A DNA stretch of 64,000 nucleotides from assembly GCA_044221725.1 (NCBI GenBank), contig JBGAON010000002.1, positions 160,001 through 224,000 of the forward strand, written 5' to 3'. Position numbers and translations under genes: made by a program. The DNA comes from Elusimicrobiota bacterium (GTDB lineage Bacteria > Elusimicrobiota > Elusimicrobia > F11). Shown piece after piece: positions 17,547 to 24,813 of this stretch. Position 1 is the first letter of the stretch; each line of letters opens with the position of its first letter. A model generated the notes under the pieces. That model was given only the letters and a program-made list of their open reading frames with translations. It made no database searches and was not told the origin of the DNA.

Positions 17547-18854
17547 ATGATCAACAGGTCCAAGTTTCATGCGCACAAACGAGTCGCCATGTCGATTTTG
17601 TTTTCTCTTTCGCTGGCCGGTTCTGCTTTCGCTGTCAAAAAGCCGGCGGCTCCTCCTCCGACGCAGCAACAGCAAGTTGATCGAACGTTTGAGCAAATTA
17701 AACTCTTGGTTGACGTGTATCAGCAGGTGGTGCAGAACTACGTTGATGAAGTCGATGCGCAAAATTTAATTTATGGTGCCGCGGCGGGGATGGTTGCAAC
17801 GCTTGACCCGTTTAGCCAGTTTATGGTTCCCGAAGCGCGCGAGGAAATGCAAACGGTCACCGAAGGTCAATTCGGTGGATTGGGAATTCGGATCATGATG
17901 AAAGACGGTTGGCTCACCGTTATAACGCCACTGCCGGATACGCCGGCGTACCGTGCGGGTATTCTTCCGGAAGATAAAATCATTTCGATCGACGACCAGT
18001 CCACGCAGGGTATCTCGTTGCAGGATGCCGTGAAAAAATTGCGCGGCGCGCCAAAAACGCAGGTAAAGATTTCGGTTGCTCGCGAAGGTTCGAAAGAGCC
18101 AATTCCCATAAACATGATGCGCGAAAATATTGTGATTGCCAGCATTCGTGCGCGCATGTTGAACGACGGCATTGCGCATATCCGTTTGACCGAATTCATT
18201 GAGCCCACGGTTCGTGACTTGGAAGCGGCGCTTAAGAATATGGATAAGCAGGGAATGAAAAGTCTTATTCTCGATCTTCGCAACGATCCGGGTGGGCTTT
18301 TAACGTCAGCGATTGATGTCTGTAAAGAATTTATCGGTGACCAGAAAATGATTGTGTTCACCGAAGGTCGCGCTCAGCCCCGGCAGGAATTTCATGCCGG
18401 TGTCACCGCGCCGTACAAAAAGTTGCCGATTGTCGTGCTGATTAACCGGGGCTCGGCTTCGGGTTCGGAAATTGTGGCCGGCGCTATGCAAGATTTGGGA
18501 CGCGCGGTTCTCGTCGGTAGCGAATCGTTCGGAAAAGGCAGCGTTCAGTCCGTTATCAGTCTCGAGGACGGTTCCGGACTTCGCTTGACCACCGCAAAAT
18601 ACTACACGCCGTCAGGCCGATCGATTCACAGAAATGCGAAAACAGGAAAAGGTGGAATTACCCCTGACATCGTTATAACAGTCGACCGCGAAACGGAAGC
18701 AAAGCTGCAGGCGCAATCCGAGGAGATTTACGCGAAAGGACAGGACACTCATTCGGCCGTGGCCGAGAAAGATCGCGTGCAGGATGAGGCGTTGCAGCGC
18801 GCGATCGAAATCTTAAAGATCCGGCCAATCATCGCGGGTCAGAAAGAAGGGTGA
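17547..18854 (+). CDS. ctpA: Carboxy-terminal processing protease (S41, PDZ)
   Basis: LDPFS, FGGLGI, ILDLRNDPGGLL, SASGSEIVAGA, FGKGSVQ, TTAKYYTPSGRSI. Confidence 0.93.
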   Translation: MINRSKFHAHKRVAMSILFSLSLAGSAFAVKKPAAPPPTQQQQVDRTFEQIKLLVDVYQQVVQNYVDEVDAQNLIYGAAAGMVATLDPFSQFMVPEAREEMQTVTEGQFGGLGIRIMMKDGWLTVITPLPDTPAYRAGILPEDKIISIDDQSTQGISLQDAVKKLRGAPKTQVKISVAREGSKEPIPINMMRENIVIASIRARMLNDGIAHIRLTEFIEPTVRDLEAALKNMDKQGMKSLILDLRNDPGGLLTSAIDVCKEFIGDQKMIVFTEGRAQPRQEFHAGVTAPYKKLPIVVLINRGSASGSEIVAGAMQDLGRAVLVGSESFGKGSVQSVISLEDGSGLRLTTAKYYTPSGRSIHRNAKTGKGGITPDIVITVDRETEAKLQAQSEEIYAKGQDTHSAVAEKDRVQDEALQRAIEILKIRPIIAGQKEG

Positions 18855-19228
18855 GAAAACTTCTCGTCACCGCCGGTTTGATCGGGCTTGGCGCGGGTTT
18901 GTGGTGGATCACCGCGCGCACGGCTCGGTTCTCGATCAAGAAGTGGGACGCAAAGTTTGAAACGGTGCTTCGCCACAATTTGAACTCGATGGGCGTGACG
19001 GATCAGGACTTGTTATCGAGTATCAACGAAATCCGAAAAGACAACCGCGGCGAGTGGGTCGTTCACCGGTTGGCGCTCAAGATGCCGGATCCCGCCAAAC
19101 AGAAAGCGCTCGAGCGCGAGCTTCAAGATTCTGGCGCGAACACCGAAGAAAAAGTAATCGATAACACAAAAACATTGATTGTTCGGCGCGGATCGCGCGT
19201 TTACCAAGAAATTCATTTCTTACAATGA
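18851..19228 (+). CDS. Small membrane-anchored hypothetical protein
   Basis: GTG overlapping the ctpA stop; N-terminal TM; 125 aa. Confidence 0.7.
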   Translation: MRKLLVTAGLIGLGAGLWWITARTARFSIKKWDAKFETVLRHNLNSMGVTDQDLLSSINEIRKDNRGEWVVHRLALKMPDPAKQKALERELQDSGANTEEKVIDNTKTLIVRRGSRVYQEIHFLQ

Positions 19229-19229
19229 C

Positions 19230-19260
19230 GTCGCGCTGGAATGCCGTCATCCAGGATGAC
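19230..19260. repeat. REP-like palindrome (GTCRYCCTGGA family)
   Basis: gtcgcgctggaatgccgtcatccaggatgac; contains the perfect palindrome GTCATCC-A-GGATGAC; related to 34373-34451. Confidence 0.55.
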
Positions 19261-19268
19261 GCAATTCT

Positions 19269-20315
19269 ATGAACATCCTGGCCCTTGAGACCTCCTGCGA
19301 CGAGACCGCCGCCGCAATTGTTAAAGACGGTCGAACCATTCTGTCGAGTGTGGTTGCGACCCAAATTCCTCTGCACAAGCCATATTCGGGTGTTGTTCCT
19401 GAGATCGCAAGCCGCGAACATTTGCTGACGATCAATCGCGTTATCGCGGCGACGCTCGAAAAAGCAAAGTTCAAGAAAGATCTTTCGGACGTTGATTCGA
19501 TTGCGGTGACCGTTGGTCCCGGTTTGGTGGGATCTTTGCTGGTGGGGCGCATGACCGCCGAAACACTGGGGTGGGTTCACAATGTCCCCGTCGTTGGCGT
19601 GAACCATATCGAAGGGCATTTGTTGTCGCCGCTGCTCAACGACGCGAACGTGAAACCGCCATTTCTTGGTCTGGTGGTTTCGGGTGGACACACCGAGCTC
19701 ATTTATGCGCCGAAGTGGGGAAATTATTTTCTCGTCGGACGCACGCGCGATGATGCCGCCGGTGAAGCGTTCGACAAAGTGGCGAAGATGATGGATCTCG
19801 GATACCCCGGCGGTCCGATCATCGACAAACTGGCAGCCGGTTACCGCGCTACAAAAAATTCCAAACACGCATTCCCGCGACCATGGTTGCCCGGTACGTG
19901 GGATTTCTCTTTTAGCGGAATAAAAACGGCCGTGCTCTATCGGCTTCGCGAAAAGAAATCGACATCGCTTGCGCAGAAGAAAGTTATCTGTGCGGAGTTT
20001 CAAGAAGCTGTGGCGCAGGTGCTCGCGCATAAATCCGTGGCGGCCGCCCGCGCATTGAAGGTAAACCGGCTCGTTGTTGGCGGCGGCGTGGCCGCCAATT
20101 CTCGGTTGCGCGGGCTGTTGACCGAGTTGACGAAGAAAAATGATTTGGAATTATCCATTGCGCCGCTGGCTCTTTGCACCGATAACGCGGCGATGATCGC
20201 GTCGTCGGCATATTTTAAGATTCGAACCGGTCGCGCGCGAAAACCCGATCTCACAATTCGTCCGCAGCTTCACGTGCCTTTTTTCGACAAGAAACTCCCG
20301 CCCTTCACTTTGTAA
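19269..20315 (+). CDS. tsaD: tRNA N6-adenosine threonylcarbamoyltransferase
   Basis: LETSCDET, GVVPEIASREH, GPGL, HIEGH, SGGHT, DDAAGEAFDK, DFSFSG.KT, CTDNAAM. Confidence 0.97.
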   Translation: MNILALETSCDETAAAIVKDGRTILSSVVATQIPLHKPYSGVVPEIASREHLLTINRVIAATLEKAKFKKDLSDVDSIAVTVGPGLVGSLLVGRMTAETLGWVHNVPVVGVNHIEGHLLSPLLNDANVKPPFLGLVVSGGHTELIYAPKWGNYFLVGRTRDDAAGEAFDKVAKMMDLGYPGGPIIDKLAAGYRATKNSKHAFPRPWLPGTWDFSFSGIKTAVLYRLREKKSTSLAQKKVICAEFQEAVAQVLAHKSVAAARALKVNRLVVGGGVAANSRLRGLLTELTKKNDLELSIAPLALCTDNAAMIASSAYFKIRTGRARKPDLTIRPQLHVPFFDKKLPPFTL

Positions 20316-20359
20316 AAGCACCTGGCAATTACAACGCGTTTCCTCTACGCTTAGAGCCG

Positions 20360-21889
20360 ATGAGCATTCGTCAGCGCTTGGCGTCGTTTATTTTATTAAT
20401 GACCGGACTGTTGGTATTGGTCGGTGGTCTTCTTTTGGTCGGCGGTCCGGTCATCCTCGGTGCGTTCCGTCAATCCATCGATTCCATGGATTCCTTGGAC
20501 GCGATTCGCGAACTACGCTCCAGCATCTTCCGTCAACGAACGTCCTTGAACCGTTACTTGCTCCTCGATGATAACCAAGAATGGATCACGTTTGAAGAAG
20601 CCACGCGGCATGGACGAAAGAGCGTGGATTCGCTGAAAGATCATGTGGGGAAGAAAATTCCTGATTGGTACCCGGAATTATTGAAACTTTACGATGAAAC
20701 CGAATTGTCGGCCGAACTTGTCGTCGGGCATTACAAAAAAGGAAACAAACTGAAGGCGTACGAAGAAGCCACGACGATTTTTGAAAAGTTGACCAAACGC
20801 GTATCCGATCTCGAAACCGAAAAAGCCGTCGAAGCGCAAAAAATGTTTGAGCGAATCAAACGACTGACACGGAACATCGAATCAATTGTATTGATCGCAT
20901 TGCTCTCGGCGTTTGTGTTGGGAATTGCGCTTTTTCAATCGCTGTACCGGTCCGTCATGAATCCGATCGAAAGTCTCCGCCGCGGAGCAATCGAATTTGG
21001 AAAGGGACATTGGGATCATCGGATCCATCTCACTTCCAAAAACGAATTGGGAGCTTTGGCCGATTCGTTTAACACGATGGCCGACAACGTGAAACAACTC
21101 CAGATGCAGGCGGTGCACATGGACCGCATGAGCGCCGTCGGTCAGCTGGCCGGTGGCGTCGCGCACGAGATCAACAATCCATTGACGGCCGTGCTTGGCC
21201 AAGCGCAGATTCTTATGGCACGCCTTGGAGAAAAGGACCCGTCTTATCCGCAGATTAGCAAGATCGAGCAGGCGGCCTTGCGTTGCAAAAAAATCGTGCG
21301 CGGGTTGCTCGATTTTTCGCGGCCAAGCCAAACGGCGTTTGAGGATATTGATTTACAGGCGGTTGTCAGCGCAACGCTGGAGTTGTGCGAAGCCGATCTA
21401 AAACGGGCGCGTGTGAACGTGGAGCGCCGCGTGACAAGGAATTTCCCAATCATCGAGGGGAATTCCAGCGAATTGCAACAAGTGCTTTTGAACCTCATTA
21501 ACAATGCGATCCAGGCTATGCCCAAAGGTGGAACTCTCTCGATTGAATCGCGTGTGCACAACGACTCGCTAAGCTTTCCCGAGCGCCGCAAAGGCGCGCC
21601 GCCGCGCAAAGCCAACGGTCCATGGCTCGAACTCATGGTAAAAGACACCGGTGTTGGAATTGCGCGCGAGCATTTGTCCCGCGTTTTTGAACCGTTTTTT
21701 ACGACGAAGGAAATCGGCAAAGGTACCGGTCTCGGGCTTGCGGTTTCTATGGGCATTGTTCAAAAACACGGTGGCGATTTGCGGGCGGAGAGCGCGGGAA
21801 TTAACCGCGGTTCGATGTTTTCGGTGATTCTTCCCGTCAAGGGCAGCGCGAACGCGGTGGGCGACCGTCGTTCCGGGATGGCGGCGTAA
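20360..21889 (+). CDS. Membrane sensor histidine kinase (TM-periplasmic helical sensor-TM-HAMP-HisKA-HATPase)
   Basis: NELGALADSFN (HAMP), AHEINNPL, NLINNA, DTGVGI, PFFTTK..GTGLGL. Confidence 0.93.
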   Translation: MSIRQRLASFILLMTGLLVLVGGLLLVGGPVILGAFRQSIDSMDSLDAIRELRSSIFRQRTSLNRYLLLDDNQEWITFEEATRHGRKSVDSLKDHVGKKIPDWYPELLKLYDETELSAELVVGHYKKGNKLKAYEEATTIFEKLTKRVSDLETEKAVEAQKMFERIKRLTRNIESIVLIALLSAFVLGIALFQSLYRSVMNPIESLRRGAIEFGKGHWDHRIHLTSKNELGALADSFNTMADNVKQLQMQAVHMDRMSAVGQLAGGVAHEINNPLTAVLGQAQILMARLGEKDPSYPQISKIEQAALRCKKIVRGLLDFSRPSQTAFEDIDLQAVVSATLELCEADLKRARVNVERRVTRNFPIIEGNSSELQQVLLNLINNAIQAMPKGGTLSIESRVHNDSLSFPERRKGAPPRKANGPWLELMVKDTGVGIAREHLSRVFEPFFTTKEIGKGTGLGLAVSMGIVQKHGGDLRAESAGINRGSMFSVILPVKGSANAVGDRRSGMAA

Positions 21890-22272
21890 TGAAAGTGCTT
21901 TTGATCGAAGACGATTTGGATGTTTCGGAGACCATTACATCGGTGTTGCAAAGCTTTTTTGCCAATGTTGAGGTGCAACATATTGCCGATGGGCCGCAAT
22001 TCCGGAAGGGACAATGGCGCGTGCCCGGATGGAGCCTTGTGATTTTGGATCTTATGATGCCCGGCATGACCGGCTTCGAAGTGTGCGAACATCTTCGCGG
22101 GTATCCGGCGACGAGCAAAGTGCCGATTCTCGCGCTCACCGGTTACGACACGCTTCAGAACGAAGAAAAAATAAAAGCCGCCGGCGCGAGCGGATACATG
22201 GCGAAACCATTTGAAGTAAATAAATTAAGAGAAGAGATTGAGCGCGTGCTCAAGAAAAATGGAATTCACTGA
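21889..22272 (+). CDS. Single-domain response regulator
   Basis: VLLIEDD, ILDLMMPGMTG, LTG, AKPF. Confidence 0.92.
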   Translation: MKVLLIEDDLDVSETITSVLQSFFANVEVQHIADGPQFRKGQWRVPGWSLVILDLMMPGMTGFEVCEHLRGYPATSKVPILALTGYDTLQNEEKIKAAGASGYMAKPFEVNKLREEIERVLKKNGIH

Positions 22273-23152
22273 AATTGATCGTCAGTTCGACGAAGCTTTT
22301 GAGCGCATCAACCGACGCGGGTTGACCACCGCTTCGCCCTACGGCGGAACGCCGCTCGCCGCCGATCACTTCTTGCTCAAGAAAAGCTGGGACTATTTCC
22401 GAAATCGCGTGAAGTCGATCGAAGATCAATGGCGCAAAATGCTGTCGGCCAAAGACGTGCAACTGAAAACGGTTACGGACGAACTGAAACGGGTGCGTCA
22501 AAGTTCGTTGGAACTCGAGGACGAGATCCATATGCTGCGGTCGCTCGATCAGTCAATAAAAAAGGCGCGGACCGAGGATTTTGTGGGTTTCAATCGCAAG
22601 AGCGAAATGCTGCGGATGCGCTGGGATGCGGAGCGCGCGGCGCTCATCAAAAAAGCCGACGACCTCGAGCTTAAAATCACGCGTCTCAAAAAGGACTACG
22701 ATCTGCGTGCGTCCATGGCGCGCGTCCGCGAAGAAAAGTTGCAACAAGCGCTCGAAGCAGCCAAGAAAGATTCGGCGATAAACATCGAGCGCGAGCGCGA
22801 TATTCAAAAGAAATGCACCGACGAATTGAACGCAAAAGACGAGAGAATATTTTCGCTCGATACGAAGACTGAATTGCTACGGGGCGAAGTCGAACGACGC
22901 GATGCGCTTTTAAAAGAAATGAAGGCGACTCTCGCTACGCGTGATGCCGACGCGACGGCGATGACCAGCTACATCGCTGAACTTCAGCGCCTAGTGAAAG
23001 AAAAAGATATCGAGATTGAGCAGCACAAAACCCGCCTCCAAATCCTCTCGCAAGAGAAAGATGGAATTCAGGCCGGCTGGGAACGGGAACGCGCCGAATG
23101 GCGCGAACTCTGGGACCGCGGCCGCTCGTTGTGGGACAAGAAGGCTTCTTAG
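22259..23152 (+). CDS. Coiled-coil protein with Trp-rich C-terminus
   Basis: ATG at 22259 overlapping the response regulator; heptad-rich; ends GWERERAEWRELWDRGRSLWDKKAS. Confidence 0.8.
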   Translation: MEFTEIDRQFDEAFERINRRGLTTASPYGGTPLAADHFLLKKSWDYFRNRVKSIEDQWRKMLSAKDVQLKTVTDELKRVRQSSLELEDEIHMLRSLDQSIKKARTEDFVGFNRKSEMLRMRWDAERAALIKKADDLELKITRLKKDYDLRASMARVREEKLQQALEAAKKDSAINIERERDIQKKCTDELNAKDERIFSLDTKTELLRGEVERRDALLKEMKATLATRDADATAMTSYIAELQRLVKEKDIEIEQHKTRLQILSQEKDGIQAGWERERAEWRELWDRGRSLWDKKAS

Positions 23153-23156
23153 TATC

Positions 23157-23681
23157 TTACGCGTCAGGGCAGGGACGCAGGCTGTCTCGAGCCCTATCTA
23201 TTCGAAGACGGTCATAATCGTCTTTTGCCGCCAAGTAAAGGCACCAAATCGCATCTGCCTCCGCTCGAAGATCGAGCGCGCGTTTTTCTGCTAATTGGAT
23301 TGCTCCCTTCAAACGTATAATGAGGTCGAGTTGGTAAGTAGGATAGCTACCGAGCGGTTCCTTCAGACGAGCACTAAGATCACCGCGCAAACTCACAAGG
23401 TGATCCTCAAGAGCGACACGTTGGTTGACTACATTAGAAAATTGCCGAAAAAGCGATTCCATTTTTATCCACGCTGCAAACATCTCCTCAGACGTACAAA
23501 ATTCTCTTGGATCTGGGATAAAACCTAAGTTATTTTCGTCGAGAATCGGAGGTGGAGTGGGTTTTATTTGAGTTGGAATAGGCTGACTGGAACCCGACAT
23601 ATCTGCGTGGGCAACGCCCTGAAGTGTCAAGCTTGCATAAAATAGGAATTTAAAAATTGAGGACTTTATTTCGGGTTTCAT
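23157..23681 (-). CDS. Secreted hypothetical (orphan) protein
   Basis: AAGGAG RBS upstream; signal peptide ending VAHA; Pro-rich linker; helical body. Confidence 0.65.
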   Translation of the reverse strand: MKPEIKSSIFKFLFYASLTLQGVAHADMSGSSQPIPTQIKPTPPPILDENNLGFIPDPREFCTSEEMFAAWIKMESLFRQFSNVVNQRVALEDHLVSLRGDLSARLKEPLGSYPTYQLDLIIRLKGAIQLAEKRALDLRAEADAIWCLYLAAKDDYDRLRIDRARDSLRPCPDA

Positions 23682-23782
23682 AGTCAGGCTCCTTGTTAAC
23701 TGCGTTTGACCGACAGCGGTCTACGTTGCCTCATATGCAACGCAGGTGCCGACAAAGAGGGAACTTAGGATTTGTTGGTACG

Positions 23783-23811
23783 TTGACAGGTCTGGGTGTG
23801 TATATTAGTAT
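23783..23811 (+). promoter_or_regulatory. Sigma70-type promoter for trxA
   Basis: TTGACA (23783-88), 17-bp spacer, TAGTAT (23806-11). Confidence 0.55.
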
Positions 23812-23856
23812 CGTCGAGCAGCAAAACCCCAAATTTAACCTTGAGTGTGACAATCT

Positions 23857-24177
23857 ATGAGCGAAATCCAAGTTACCGATCAGAATTTTGAATCCGAAGT
23901 TCTTAAATCCAATCAACCCGTTTTGGTGGACTTCTGGGCGCCGTGGTGTGGTCCGTGCCGAATGCTGACCCCGATGATCGCCGAATTGGCTCAAGAATAC
24001 GCTGGTCGCGCGAAGATCTGTAAAATGAACACGGATGAGAATCCAAACATCGCGTCGCAATTTCAAATCTCGGCCATTCCTGCATTGCTGTTCTTCAAGA
24101 ACGGAAAGTTAGCGGACCAGTTAACCGGTGTTCGGCCCAAACCCGAAGTCAAATCGACTCTCGAAAAGTTGTTTTAA
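23857..24177 (+). CDS. trxA: Thioredoxin
   Basis: DFWAPWCGPC, cis-Pro IP. Confidence 0.96.
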   Translation: MSEIQVTDQNFESEVLKSNQPVLVDFWAPWCGPCRMLTPMIAELAQEYAGRAKICKMNTDENPNIASQFQISAIPALLFFKNGKLADQLTGVRPKPEVKSTLEKLF

Positions 24178-24721
24178 AATTCTGAATCGCGCGATTCGCC
24201 GTTATCCTTACTATTTCACTCTGTTCGCGGCGGCTTGCGTTCATCTTTTCATCGGATGTTCGTCCCACGCCGAATCCGACGTTCAAGTTTCGTCGACCAA
24301 GGTTATTAAAGCGCCGGATTTTGAACTGACGGATTTGCAGGGAAAGAAAGTTTCGTTAAAGAGCCTCAAAGGAAAAGTTGTTTTTCTTGATTTCTGGGCG
24401 ACCTGGTGTCCGCCGTGCGTGATATCGGCTCCTGAAGTCGAAAAGCTTGTTCAAGACTACAAAGGCAAGAATTTCGAAGTATTGAGTATCAGTCTGGATT
24501 CGAGCGAAACGCCCGTCAAACGCTATTTGACGACCCATAAGGTAACAAGTCGTGTGATGTTGGCAGGGGAGTCAGGGGTTGACGGTCGCTACAGCGTTCA
24601 AGGGATTCCGGCGTATTTCATTGTGGATCAAAATGGAAACGTGGCAAAGGCGTGGGAAGGATACAACCCAACAATGACCAAACTTTGGCGAAAGGAGATT
24701 GATCGTTTGCTAGGAATTTAA
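24128..24721 (+). CDS. TlpA-family thiol-disulfide oxidoreductase lipoprotein (start uncertain)
   Basis: Lipobox-like LFIGC, APDFEL..L.G..VSL, FWATWCPPC. Confidence 0.85.
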   Translation: MFGPNPKSNRLSKSCFKILNRAIRRYPYYFTLFAAACVHLFIGCSSHAESDVQVSSTKVIKAPDFELTDLQGKKVSLKSLKGKVVFLDFWATWCPPCVISAPEVEKLVQDYKGKNFEVLSISLDSSETPVKRYLTTHKVTSRVMLAGESGVDGRYSVQGIPAYFIVDQNGNVAKAWEGYNPTMTKLWRKEIDRLLGI

Positions 24722-24768
24722 TGTCCGTGTCGCCGCACCAACGTCTCCCTCGTAGTTACCTTCTTTAA

Positions 24769-24807
24769 GAATCAAAAATCCGAGTCAAAAAACCGAATCA
24801 AAATCCG
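24769..24807 (+). repeat. Short tandem direct repeat (~13 bp x3) upstream of polA
   Basis: aatcaaaaatccg agtcaaaaaaccg aatcaaaatccg. Confidence 0.55.
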
Positions 24808-24813
24808 AAAAAT

